Source: Chrysomallon squamiferum
Lineage: Eukaryota; Animalia; Mollusca
Assembly: GCA_012295275.1 (NCBI GenBank)
Contig: CM022665.1
Coordinates: 5,952,001-6,016,000, forward strand
DNA: 64,000 nt
Direction of reading: 5' to 3'
Shown: piece by piece, positions 38,419 to 53,632 of the stretch
How positions within the stretch are numbered: position 1 is the stretch's first letter
Layout: the number at the start of each line of letters is the position of its first letter
The notes under the pieces: generated by a model
The model's database searches: none
Told to the model about the DNA's origin: nothing
What the model saw: only the letters and a program-made list of their open reading frames with translations
Translations under genes and position numbers: made by a program

Positions 38419-41400
38419 ATGACAGCAAGTTCTGCTGATGGTCAAGCAGAGGTGATAAATGCACGAAGGACTGAATCTATTGATGCTCCACATATCAGTG
38501 AATTGGTAACACATCAAACTCAAGAGTTATTTGGGCGAGTGAATGTTGTTAACCTTATGTAAGTATTACAGAAATCCATTTTTTTGTTGTTGTTTTGTTG
38601 TATTTAAAGAAAAAAAAATTATTCAAATGAAATTGAAATATATAAAATAATTGATTTTTAGTGGAAATTTAATTTGGTATAGTATCTGACATCATACATT
38701 ACAGATAGCTGGTTGTCAGCAGGCTATTTAAATTCTGATAACTATTAAAACTGCACATGTTTATGTGTGTTTATATATAAATAAAGAAACGTGTATTGTG
38801 TGTGTGCATTCATAATTTCAAAATTATTGAATAAGTGTTAATATTAAAGTAAACCATTTTATATAACAATATATTTTTTCTTCATTGTATCATTTTTAAA
38901 TATCAGATATTAACAATTATTTCTTTTCCAGTGAGAAAGCTATTTTAGCTGTGACCCTTTGTAATGAGAATGAAGAGATTCTTGGACATGCTGCATTTTT
39001 TGACTATCCCAACATCAAAGAGGTTGATCAAGCAGACTGGGAGAAATGGCTTTTAGACAATTGTCAGATGAGAGGATTTAGTGCACTCAATACTCTCTTT
39101 ATGCATTACTTTGTGGCAAAAAATGAGTATGCACATGGCTGTGCTCTTGAGATAATGCGAACAGCATTTAATGCTGTACCTGATCTACACTTTCTGTTGT
39201 TAGTTGTACCAAGCAATGTGTTTCCAGGTATATATTTAGTAACTGAATTGTTTGTTATATACTCTACAAGTGACTTATTAATATTCTTAATATATAACTT
39301 ATGAAGTTCATGAAAGTATCTTTAAAACAATTGAAAGTTGGAACTAAATGTAGTCTGTTAGTGTTAGTGTGAGAATAATTTGCTAATAATACTGATTTAT
39401 ATAATCACTTATTAATTTCTAAAATTTATTTTATCTGAAAAGTCTGATTTTCACATGATGTAATAATCCTGCCTATTATACAAATTTAAGTATGATTATA
39501 AAGGTATAACATTATATATCTACTTATTTTTTATTTTTATTATTATTATTTTTTGTAGAGCCTGCTATTGCAGATGTCTTCAAGCCACTTCCTAAACCAC
39601 AGGATTCTCCTGGAAATACCAACTATGTGGTTTTTATTTGCAACAGACATGAACATGTTCCAGTTCTACACATCAGACATGCAATGTAAATATTTTCATA
39701 TTTTAAATTAATGTGTGTTTTGTAAGAAGTACATTATTTCATATGAAAATATTTATTTATTTTAACCTGTTGGGAGGAATATTTCGGGGGCATTTTTGAG
39801 TTAAATTTTAAAGATGAAAGAAATAACTGAATATATTTTTCCAAGCAATATCCTGATAATTTGACCCATGCTACCTGTATTATAATTATCTAATACAATT
39901 GCTTGAGATTTTTGTCACTATAATATTGGAAGAAACAGCTATAGAGGAGAATTCTGAAGATGAAATACCTCCATTAATAAAAACTGTAAAGGTAAAGAAT
40001 TTCACTGACACCATTTACTAGGTTCTTACAAAAATTACAGATGAATTTAATATTTTACTGATTGCATATGTACCCTTGTAATTGTTTTTGGTAATATATT
40101 TTTTTGTTTTTGTTTGTTTTTGTTTTGTGGAACTAATAATTAAAACTATTTGTATTGTTTAGTGTTGAAGATCATGATGACCTGACACCTATCTTCAACC
40201 GACACAGTGACATGATGAGAAAAACTTATGGAGAATATTTCTTGGCTGAACTTATTGAAGCACAGGATGAACACATGCAGTCATTGGTTGCTGAGGTTTT
40301 ATATATTTATATTTAATGATGTAGTTAACATAATTTTTCAGCAAATCCTCAGTTTTGTTTTTTCAGGCAACTTTATAAAATAGAACTCTCATCTTTGAGT
40401 TAGACATGATGTGGAAATGATTAGCTGAAAAACATAATCATCATCATATTAATTAATGTTACTATTACTGTTTTACTTAAAGCACAATGTTTTGTATAAA
40501 TATAATTTATTTTGTCATATGTAATCATCATTTTTGTAGAAAAAAAAAATCAGTATGCCACAATTTCATTTACAGTGACGATGGTAAAATAAAATTCTTA
40601 TTATGATATATTTTTGGATAATGTTTTTACATGTTTCTGTTACAGGTGGATGGCTTTGCACAGGGCTTCATGAGTATTAGTGATGATGTTAACTATGACT
40701 TGCTCAATGAGTGTTTTGAACTTGGACCCTTCCATGGACTTCGTAAACCACACCCTGATGATGAACTAACACCACCAAGAACCCCCACACCAACATCTCC
40801 TCCAAGAAAAGGTATAACTGATTAATAATATTAGCAATAAGAAATTGTTATTATTTAACAGAATTTTTGCATTCACAAGAAGTTTAAAATATAATTTTCA
40901 AGACTTGTTCAAATTAAAGGAATATACTGGCAAAAATATGGACCTTTTATGTTAGACAACAGTGAAAACCACTATGATCATGGTGAAATTAATGAACAGG
41001 TAGGGATAATCATATATAGATGGAAAATCTTTTTTTATTTTTCATTTTTTTTCATTTCATGGTTGTATTTGGTAATAAGTATTCATTAAGCATTCCAGTT
41101 GTGACCTGTCTTGCAACATGAAACTGGAGTTAGATAATACCAGTTTTGAAAATTATATTCTCTTTCCTTTAGTCTGGAAAACACAAACATGACTTTTGGT
41201 AAATCAGTAATGTAAAAAGCCAAAATGAATGCAGATGATAATAACTGAACTTTAAACAACAGAGCTAAAGTCTGCATCTCATATTGCAAAGCTAGAATTT
41301 TTGCTGTTTAATAACATTACATTTAAAAAAATATATATATATTTATAATACCAGAATGTCAATTCTTTATAATTTATAAAATATTTTGCTTCTTTTTTCT

Positions 41401-44400
41401 ATTCCATTATTTTTGAAAAGCAAAAATATATGCTCAGACAAATCATAATTTAAAAGTAAACATCTACTATTTTTTTAAATCTTTTTTTTTTAATTTCAGA
41501 AGAGAGCGCCAGTCGCCCAGGATCTGCTGAATCATTTAAGTCGGCAGATTCAAAAGTAGAAGTTGACGAAGGCACTAAAGTTGAAGAACCTCCTAAAGAT
41601 GATGCTATACCTGCTTCTGGGGATGAGGGAAAAGAAATAGAAAAGGCTGACAGTCATACTTCAAGTGCAAAAAGTTCAAGAGGTAAGCAATGAGAATTCA
41701 AAATGCATAACATTGGAGAAATGCATTATTATGCAGTTTAAATGCTTGGGACTAAATAACAAAATTTAAATTTGTGAATTTTGGTTTTTGTGTTGTGATT
41801 TAGTTGATACATTTTTAATAGTTTATGCTTGACTTCAGAAATTTGATTGTGAACAATTCAATAAGGCAGTAATGATAATACATAGTTAAATGCTTTCAAA
41901 ATATTTTAACAGATTTCCAATTGATTTTTACTTGAAAATTAAAAAAAAATTAGTTATATATAGGATACCCATTATTATTATTATTATTATATTTTTTTGA
42001 AACACTCATTTTAATTTTGTATTTAGCTTTCTTTTGTTGATTAATTTAATAACAATAGATATTTAGCCAACCATATTTAATAAAAATAAATTATTAATAA
42101 ATATAACTGTATTTTAATTGCACAGCTGGCAGCACTTCTGATGTGAAGATGAAGATGCGTCTCAGTGATGCTCAGATTGGTGGCAGTTCAACCTCTCTGC
42201 TCAGTGAGGGAAGTCTGACAGCTGCTCTCAAAGAGGCTGTGGACCAGCAGCTGGTCACCCAAGACACACAACCTGTAAATTAACATTTAAATTATTTGTA
42301 AATATAAATGAAAGCCATTTGAATTAAATAAAACAGTTTAATACAGACACAGAAACAAGCACTTGTACAATAAAGCTGTATTCCCACAAAAATGCAAACA
42401 TACATATGGGTTTGTGATTGGATTTATGTAAATTGTATTCTACTTAAGTTACCTGTAACAAAAGACTGCATTAAAAAAGATATATATATCTTTCTTCCAA
42501 CTTGAGCTCCTACACTAAGATAGTCATGCTAAATACCATTGTTAAAGCATGTAATGTAAGTTAGTACAACATAGCTGTTTTTTTATCTAAAATGTAATAA
42601 TCAGTAATTTATTATCAATTTTTCATGTTTTTCTTTAGTCAATGACATCTGGTCGTATAACTCCAAAAAGATGCATGAGCCCACCAAAGCAGTTTGTTCC
42701 ACAATACAAAGGTGCGCCTAATGCCTTCTGCGTTCAGCTTTTTTGCATTGATGAGAAATATGAGATGAGGTATGTAGAACATTTTCATACTTTTAGCTTT
42801 ATAATTCATTGTTTCCTTCCATACCCCTCTTACTTAAAATTTAGATAAAAATATTTATATATTTCAATATTTTAAAATGACTATACAGTTTTATATTTTT
42901 TATAATTTACATGCTTATGAAACTTTGAGAATTTCAACACACACTCAAACACATGTTTGTATGAATATGTAAATAGATGAATAATTTGTAAAGTGTAACT
43001 ATAAACTGGAATGTGGTGAATGTTTTAATCATTAAAAAATTTGATTTACCTATCACATTTCTAATTACTGACATCTAAATCTAAAATTCTAATAAAGTTC
43101 AATATTTTATTTTTACAGATCATCAGATTTTATGTACAAAGCATTCTCACTTTTTCCTGACCTAGAATTTTGTGTGGTTTCTGTTCCTCATCTTGTTCCA
43201 GAATTTCCTCTGCTGCAGAGTTTTGTGGTATGTCTTATTGTTTCAAATAGTTTAAATTCTTGCCATACACATTGTGAATGTGATGATGCATTTTTCAGTA
43301 AACTAAAGCACTGAGGTAGAATAAAGGAATTACATGATGTAATTTATTTTGCAATACAAAAAATAAAGATGATGTATTATATAAAAGATGCAAATGAAAA
43401 GTATTAAACAATGCATATTATATATAATATACAGTCAGTTTTTCTTTGCAGCGAGTGACTCCAAGATGTCGCAGTACTTTGCCTCATGAACTCTATGTGT
43501 TTCACAAAGGAGGACTTCTCAGGTAATTTATTTATTTATTACTTCTGTAAGTTATAGTTTAATTCTTTACTGTCATTCTAAATTTATTACAAAATATATA
43601 AAACATATTATATTTAAATTTCCAGAGACATCAATGTACGACCAGCTTGTACACGTGATTTACTTGCTGTTACCAATCTTGTAGAGACTGTGGATCTGCA
43701 TGAGAATCTTATCAATGACTTTAAACAGTTCTGTAACTGCAGGCGTGATCCAGTAACTTCATTTTACTTTTTAACACTTATCTGAAAATGTGTTTATTAA
43801 TTTCCACTGTTTTTTTTTTTTTTTTTTTTCTAACTGGAGAAAGTAACAAAACAAATAAACATTTAACAACTGCAGAGTTATTTACATTTTCAGAATATAA
43901 AAATATAGTTATGGCAATATGTCAGTTAAAATAACTGTGACAAAATGTAATTATTAATTATCTCAGTGATATAAAATTTTCTTTTATGATAAATGTAGAG
44001 ATTACTTAAACAGTGACATATACACTCACACACACACACACACACACACACAGGCACACACATACAGAGGATATATACATTTAATTTAAATTTGTTTTTC
44101 ATATATAAGAATATTCAATGCTTACTTTATGGACAGCGTAATTTGTTATTTCTTTGAAATATTTGATTTTTATTTTGAACGTTAGCAGATATATTTAATA
44201 AGAGTTTTATGTGGTGTATGTTTTAGGATGGGACACAGATTCAAGCATTTGTTGCTGAGAGTTCTGTTCAGATTATTGGAGTAGCAATCATCAGAAGAGA
44301 GGAGGTAATCTATCTGTTGCTTAATCCATCTGTAATCTGTCTAGGTCATTTTTAGTATATAAAGTAATAGTATATAAAGAAAAAATATAATTTTCTGTTT

Positions 44401-46577
44401 TGATTAGAAAATAGAAGGAAAAATGTTTAAATGTAATTGTATTGCTTGCACTGATGTTGTTGAAAAGATAAACAAGTGCATGTGGTATTGTTTCTTTTTC
44501 CTCACTGGAATCATATTATTTCTTTGTTATTATAGTTCTTAACTGAAAACTATATGCTTATTAAGATATATACAATTCATTATTTATTTAACAGTTACTA
44601 TAATGTCCACATTTTTTTAGTTTCTCTATCAAAAATTCTGATGTCATGTGGTTTGAGAGTAAATTGCTTTGAAGAACATAACTATTGAGTTCTATATTAA
44701 ATGAAATTGTAAAATACATATTGCATTCATCATTCCATTCTTTTACACACTGTTATATATTTTATACAAGTGCATACTAGTCATTTAGTGAAACAGATGA
44801 AAAGAAAAAGACTGGAGAAAACTCGTCTGTTTGTTGTTTTTCAGAACATTGAGTATATTCGTTCTCACTACAACATTGAGGACTTCATTTATTACAACCA
44901 CCACCGACGTGATGAACATGCACATCTGCATCACTATGCACTGAACCCAATTTTTAACCATCTGTCCAAACATTTTCTGAAGGTAAATCTTTCTCATTTG
45001 TACATGTTTTGTTGTTTCTTTGTTCTCACAAATTTTCAAAAATATAACACAGTTGCAGCCTATCAAATTGCAAAACTTTTTATCTTGGGTTAGTCTTCAA
45101 AAGAAAATCAATATTTATTCATTGTTAACAAATGATTCAGATCTTTGTACAAATATTTTTAACTGGTAAAAGTTAATAACTTGTTATCAGTACTAAAATA
45201 AACAATCGGATAATATTTAACAACCTATTTTTCATGACAAATAACAAAGATCAGCAATTTTTTATTTATTTAACTAAATCCAGTAGTTGCTATACTCTGT
45301 ATCTGCATTTTAATGTGAATGTAAACAGTATTTAAATCAGTATTCAAAATGCTGCACAGAACATAATTATTTCTCGTATCATTTATATTTAATTTTGTAA
45401 ACTGATGATTGTTATGTTTATCTTTGCACATTTCAGGAAATTCTTCGTTTAGGACACAAGACTTGTTTGTATTACCCACTCTATCCATCCTATACAAGTA
45501 AAGAGGTAACACATTTTCAAAAATCTACATTTATGTAGCAAACATATTAAAAATATAGATTTTGGGGTAATATGTATAGGCTTTGCAGAAGAATTTTATT
45601 AATTTAATATCATTTCAGTTGCAGTTTCTAGACTGTTAATGTGTTATATTCTGATGATGGCACCATTCTTGATAAATAACAAACTTTAAATTAAAAAAAT
45701 ACTTTATTTTCACAGATAGTGGAGAAACATTCTCTGGTTTGTTCTCTGAATAATCTAGTGCCAGTGAGAGCTCGGCGACAGATCCAGTACCCATTGAAGG
45801 ATCTGGGAATCAATGCACCATCAGAGAGAGTTCTTAAAGAACATGAACCCTATGCACTTAACCACATCAACAGGAAACTTGCCTTGGAGCCAAAAGTATG
45901 TTTAGATATGTTTTTGTACTTATCAGTATATAATAAATAATTTAACTAATATTATGGTTTCTTTCTGGTTATTGTTCAAAATGGATTGTTATTTTATTTT
46001 GTTTTATTTTTTTAAAAGGTAACAATAAATGCTAGGATTGTGGTGATTGGTGCCTCTGACGTTGGGATATCATTTCTTGAATCTTTGGCTTACTGGTGAG
46101 TGTTATTATGACAAAATACAATGTAACAATTCTTATTCTAATACAGATCAAGTATCACTTACCCAAAATCCTTGGTGACATGACATAAATGTTCTGTATG
46201 GTATATTTGTAAATGAAACACCAAGTGAAATGTATAACAGAAATTAAATGTCAATAATTGTTGTTGCTTTATACAAAAAAAAAAAAGAAAAAATTGGTTT
46301 TCAGTTTTTCAGATTCAGGTAATAGGCTTTGACCAATATTTGCAGTTACTTGATAGTAATCACTAAAATTTAGTTTATATCACAGAACTGTAATATGATG
46401 AAATGGTTTATAATTTGTAATTAATTTTCAGTCCTCACCTGAGATTCAACAATCTCTCTCTGATTTCTCCACATGGAATGCCAGGAGAAATGCCTCCTGA
46501 TGAACTGCGGGAACAGATGATGTCATCCAGGTAATCTGGAATAAAACTAGTAACATATACATGCATGCACCCCCCTC

Positions 46578-46609
<32 letters not shown>

Positions 46610-48759
46610 TAATATATCTGTATCTGTCTACTATTTTTGAGTTACTTGAATATGTTAAATTTCAGTTAGTGAAACTAAAACTGGTAAGTATGACATTATA
46701 TTCTTTTGTCTTTCAGTCACTGTTACAGCCAGGATGAATATGCTAAGATTGCTCTGAGAACCTGGGTTAATGTTATTTATGGAAAGATGACAGCTATTGA
46801 CAGGTGTGTGAAAAACATTTATCATTAGTTTATACTGGTTTAAATAAATAAATAAATAAAAATAATAATAATTATTATTATTATTATTATTATCACCATC
46901 ATAATCTTGATAATTTCTAAAATTTTATAATCATTACACAATCTCACAAATGTTATTCTTTGTACTATAGTAACTATTAAAATATTATAAGGTAAAAATA
47001 ATACATGTAAAGATTTATTATGTTAATACAAACCCTCAAATGTTATATATGAACATTTGCAGGAAAAGAAAACAGGTTCTGGTGAATGATTCATTGATTG
47101 TTCCATACGATCATCTCATATTGTGCACTGGACAACAGTACCAGATTCCTGCTCCAACTGGGGCTGACCTCACAAAAACTGTCACCAATGATGAATTAAT
47201 AAACAGTCCATCATACAGTGGAGTTCCTCTTCAGAATCTGTTCTTGATTAATGACTCGTTTGATGCTGCAGTAGCTCTGTACAGGACTGAAAATGACCTC
47301 AGATCACCAGAGAGTAAGATTTTTATTTACCTAACTAATAAAATTACTTGGGGCAATTAACCAACTATTTGTAATTGATTTTTAAAAAATCCAACAGAAG
47401 GAGTAGCACATCTAATTGCAAGTAAAATATCATCAGATTTCAAATTGCACAGTCAGCTATATACTGGAGTTAAGAGCTTGGGGTGCATCATATGCAGACA
47501 GAAGTGATGCTACATTATTAACAGTCTTAAAACAATATTGATTAATAACAGAAACTAACCTTCAGTTCCATTAATGTGTAGTGTTTGTGTGGAACATGTG
47601 GATGCATACAAACACTACACATTCATTTATAATATCAAAGAAAAACACGCCATAATTATGCCTAAAGTTTAAAAAATATTAATGAGATTTTTTGACAGAC
47701 ATGATGTGAGATATTTATAGACATGTTAAAAAGGCTAATGTTATGAACTGTTTTACAGAGAAAGCTATTATCTATGGTTCAACTCTTGATGCTTACACCT
47801 GCATTCAGGCTCTCTTGTCACTGGGTTTGCCAACCAGTCAGATCACATGGGTCCAGCCACCACTGATTTATAAGGTAAGATTGTATTCTTCTTTTTGTTC
47901 ACTCTCTGTCTCCAAAATATTTTTAAAACATCAGATTAGTTTTCAAAATTTTACAAGTAAATATTACTTGACCTACCAACTTCAAAAAGTACATACCATA
48001 AATATTTATTTTGAAATATCAGTAACTTTTGTACTCAGTCAGGCAGGACTTTTAACCCTACTATGTACAGAATTTAAGCTTGATCACTGTGTTTTTTAAT
48101 TTCATCTAAATACTTAACATATTGTTATGGATAAGAAAATATAAGGACTGTTTATACTGACATCTCTTTTCTCCCAGGACTTGTACAATTCTGATTAACA
48201 TCACTGTATAAATATGTGTTGTTTTAATAACTAGAATTTTTGCTACTTTATTACAGTGGTAAATTGTATTATAGATATTTGTCTTTATAAAAACATTACT
48301 AATAAATGTTTCTTTTGGTCTGTTTGAATTTCATTGAGTATAATGTGAAATCTCAGGGAGTTGAATTTGGTTATTTACCCTTGTTTTTGCAGACAACTTG
48401 TATCAACAACCCACCAGTGGAGGAGTGTGTATACCAGGCTGTGGTTAACACTGGCATCAAAATCTACAGTGGATACATCCTGGCACAGTACAATGATGGT
48501 AATGATGACAGTCCCGTCATCCATTCAGTGACATTCACATCTACCCGAGAGCCTCTGAAACTGGAGTGTGATGTAAGTGAAGCTCAGTGTATTTTTACCC
48601 CAGCATGACATATTTGAAAAAGAAAGATACTTCTGCTCAAATTTGTTTTTATTTTTATGTCATAACTGATCCAGAGCTTCAGAAAAAAAAATTGCCATCT
48701 TTGTAATGGATTTAACTTTTAAGATGAAATGAGTTTTATATTATAAATTAAAATTAAAA

Positions 48760-48793
<34 letters not shown>

Positions 48794-51700
48794 CTACTAA
48801 TAGAAAATTTGTTGATGATTACCCATTTGGTTTTGTATTCTATTCAACTAATTTAAATTTTTTTCATCAAATATTTTGTTAGTTTAATATATAATGGTGT
48901 GCGCGGATATATATTCATTCTCCTTGACATGAATAAATTATAAACTGCTTTTTGATCATTTACATAGCAATGAAAAATTTTGTTTCCTAATAAACTAAAT
49001 AGGTTTCAGCAGCTAATATTACAGTGATAAACTCTGCTGATCAATATTTCTACCTAATTGTGTCATTTTAAATAATTATATTGAAATTAATAATTTTATT
49101 TGCAGGCAGTTTTTGCATTTTATCTGAAGGGAGTGGATAATGATGCTTTCAAAGGTAACACATTTTTTAGCATAAATAAAAACAATTCTGAATCAAAAAC
49201 ATCTATATCTCAACAACAAAGAAAATTTAAATGTTACACTAAATATTAATTTGAAACATTTTTAGGAAAAATGCATCAGGTTGGTAAACCTTTTTTTATC
49301 CATGGAAAAATTAACTGAGTCACTTTCTTCAATTAATCTTTTTTTTTTTTTTTTAATAATTGATCAGCATTTTCTTCTTCTTTTTCTTCCTCTTTTAAAC
49401 TGAAATATAAATAAACATTATAATAAAAAAAAAAATAAAATAAAATAAAATAAAAAAATTGAAAGAAAGAAAGAAAAGAAAATTTAATGTTTATTTTATC
49501 AAAAAAAAAGAAGAATTTTTGGGGGGTTTCACAGTTTGATCAATTTGATTTTTGTAATTTCAGCTATCAATGATGCCTGTCTGGTTTATGATGGTAAACT
49601 GGTGATAGATTCTTCGTTCCACACTAATGATGTGTCAATCCGAGGTGCTGGCACTTTGACTAAATTCAAACGTAAATACCATGCTGAACCATGGACCCAT
49701 GCAAACTTCAATTCCAAGGAGGTTGGAATAGCGGTTAGTTGATTTATGTTATATTTTCTGAATTCCATACTTTTAGATCAATCTTAATCTTATCTTCAGC
49801 TGTTTACAGATAGGTGGTTTTAACAGCCTGTAGTCAAATTACTAAAGGTATTTAGAATTCTATTCTGACAGTTTCCAAGCCTTCCCAGGTTATCAGTTCT
49901 TCCAGACAAAAAGAGGTCATATCATAATAATTGAACAGTACATTTCTAAAATAAAAAAATATACTTCCATGCACTGCTAGAAAGTTTAATTAAACAAATA
50001 TTAAATGAAATAAATTAATATAGATGATAAAATAAAATCAGATTGTTAATAAAACATTAATTTCAAGTGCCCAGTACTAAAACTAACCAGTCCAAAAAAA
50101 AAAAAAAGTTATACAAAATTGATCATATACCTGTATTTACAATATACATATATTTGTAATTTTCTTGAATTATTGTTGCTGAAAAGATGAATAGATAATC
50201 TAAAGTTTTGTTATGAAATCTCACAGAAGTCTGAGCTGCTGCTATATGTCTGATTGGATCTTTCTGTTTACCAATCATAGTTTATTACCATTTCAAACAG
50301 ACAAAAATCAGATTAATCAAAGATTTATTTGGATCATTCTTTTAACTGCTTTAAAATGATCAAGTGTCAATAAATTAATGAAATGGAATAGATATTAGAA
50401 TATAACTGGAATGCAACTTTCATTATCTATTAAAATGACAGGCAGATTTTAACCAATTTTCAATGTTAATGTGATTTAATTGATTTTGAAATGTTATAAT
50501 TTTATATATTATTCAATAGACATCATCAAAGAAATGCCCTGAGATGGGCTTGTTTTTTGTCATTTGTTGTATCTAATAATAAAGTATATGATAAAATAAT
50601 ATTCTAAGAAAGAGGCATGTAAACTGACATTTTGCTTTTATTATATCAGTATTAAAATCGGTGATATGTTGTGGATATGGATGTTGTAATGATTTTCTTC
50701 AAGAGAATATTTTTTGTGTGGGTGGTTTTTTTTTTTTTTTTTTTTTTTTAGATTTTCTAACCTTTTCTGTATATAGAATAACATCATCGTAAAATTGAAA
50801 ATATCAGCCTCCCTGTAATCTTATGAGTTTTCTATTTTTTATTTTAATTTTATTATCATTCTTTATTATTAAACAAAACTAGTCAAAAGAAGGAAATCAT
50901 GTAGTGACTAGGAAATGAGTGTATACAGGCCTTTTAGACTATACTATCAAGGAGTTTCTTTTAATAATTAAAATGATTAAAAAGTATCTCTATGCATGGA
51001 TAACTGAATATGACAAATACTAGCATAGATAAAAAATTCATAATTTACTGTTAATGGAAGAAACAAAATAGAAACCATGTAATTATCATCAAAATCTCAT
51101 AAATCCATTTTATTTACTTTATATATGATGTATTCTTTGATGATAGTTGATTTAAAGTATTTGAATTGTCTTTTATCTCTATAACATGCTGTTTTCCATT
51201 TAGTATTCTTATTTTATAAACTCAATGTTTTACACTTTGAAAAATCAGTACATCAATGTTAATATCAAAAAAGAAAATAAACAATGTTTTCAACAGGTAA
51301 ATGCAATGCACACATTTAACTTTATTTGCTTTATTATTTTTAACAATAAAATTTCAGTTCTGTATATGTAACAAATAATAAAGGTTTGTGTACATTATAA
51401 TTTATAAAATATAGAAGACTATTAAAAAACAAAACAACATCCACAACAAACAAACAAACAAACAAACAAATCCAAAATAATAGGATTATTAAGATTATCA
51501 AGATTATCCAGGAGATAAACTTTTCTGAGTTCAATGCATAGGCAGTGTATGAATCTGTAAACATCATTAGCTACACAAGCATGAATGCAGAGTACATTAA
51601 CACATGTGCAAAAAACAACAGCATAAGTTTGTTTTGATTTTTGTTTATAACATTTACACTACAAAAATTTGGCCAGTGTTTTCAGTTCATATTATTTTTA

Positions 51701-53599
51701 TTTATCAGTTCATAAAGGCTGCCTTTTTATAAGTTCATAATTTTACTGATGTTTGAAGTAAAAGTAATAAAAGCAAAACTTGTTGGTTTAACAGTTCACT
51801 GAACAAAAGTTTAATTTTGAAATCCCAGAAAATGTATGTCTTTAGTTGTTTTTATTTTTATAATTTTTTACATCACGATGCTTAACTCATAAACAAAATT
51901 TCAAAGTAAATTGATATTTTTTTCAAAACCTTTCTTGTTGTGAGTTATCATCTGCTCTCCCTTTATTTGAATTAGCAAAATTCATTCCAGACCGATCTTC
52001 AATAGAGGAATTTTCATTTGCCTTGTAAAAACAAAGCATTTTCTTGAAAGCAAATTTGAACTGAGAATTGCCATAGGCATACAGAAATGGGTTGAAGAAT
52101 GAGTTAGCATGGCTGATCAAGATGGCTGCCAGTATTACAATGTAAGGTACAGGACACTTTGATCCACAGAAGAGGCTAACAGTGTTTAACAAGTTGATAG
52201 GCAGCCAGCACAATGCAAACAACCCTAGCACTGTAGCTAGAGACTTTGCAGCTTTTATATCTTTAACAAAAGTTTTCTTCTTCCTTCTGCCATCAGCAGA
52301 AATTTCCAAAGCTTCTATCTTGACCATTTGTTGTCGGACAATGATGTAAATATACATGTATATGCAAAACATGATGAAAAGTGGAACAAGGACACAACCA
52401 AAGAAAACAAAATAGACAAAGTATTTCATATCAATAACACTGGTGAAAGCACAGACAAGTCCTTTCGGTGGGCCTAGATTCCAACCATACATTGGAATGA
52501 GTCCCAGAATAATAACAACCAGCCAAGTTATTACCAGTATTATGACTGCTCTTTTAACAGTGAAATGTTTCTGGTAGAAAAATGGTTTGGCTATGGCCAC
52601 AAAGCGTTCTATAGCAACAGCTAAAAGGCTAAAAATGGAAATGTCTGTGAAGAGTATTAGGAGTGAATTTATGAAGACACATCCAAGAAAATTTCTTGGC
52701 AGCCCCATGAAGCTAAGAGCTGCCAGTGGTGCTACAATAATACCTACAAGAAGATCAGCCAGGGCAAGGCTGGCTATGAAACAGTTGGTGATGGTCTGTA
52801 AGGCATGGTTGTGGTAGATTGCTGTCAGAACCATTGCATTTCCAACAACTGACAACAAACCAATGATGGTTTCAAGAGCAATGTAGCTAGCAGAGATAGC
52901 ATCCATTTCTCTTTTAATAGTCTTTCTTCAGTATTTTTGTTAGCTTTTTTATTTTTCCCAGTATATTTTCAAAATAAAATATGAAACCAGTGTTTTCTTT
53001 AGATTAAAAACAAAGATTATTAAACATCAGGTATTTAGTCATAGTTCTTTGCTTTGCTTGATAAGAATTTGTTGTTAAAGTTACTTTTTCTCTTGAAATA
53101 TCTTCACAGTTTCTCATTGTTGTTTATCTCTGTGGAATTTATTTTCCATCATGTATCAAACTTGTCACCTGAAATAAATACACAAGCATCTTAACAGAAT
53201 AACACTAATAACTAACAACAGTTTGAAATATGCCTATTTTTTTACAAGTATTCTTATATGCTATATCTGTTACTGAATTATGAAAGAACAACAGTATTAT
53301 ACCATATAACAGAATGAGAAATTTTCTGAATAACTTTATAAATGTCAAGGATTCAAGTACTCTACATGTAAAATCATCTGTAATGGAAATAATTTCTAAT
53401 TTAGAGAATTGTGTTATTTAATTAAAATACTAACTTTTCATAGAAAATAAATTAATAATATGAAAGGAAGGGAGGGGAAAGAAAGAGCAAGAATAAGAGA
53501 GATTGTCAGAGGAATAAATCATAAAAATAAAAATAAATTATAGTAAGAAATGTATACAAAAGATATATTTAAATATAAATATTCTGAAATCAACTATAT

Positions 53600-53632
<33 letters not shown>

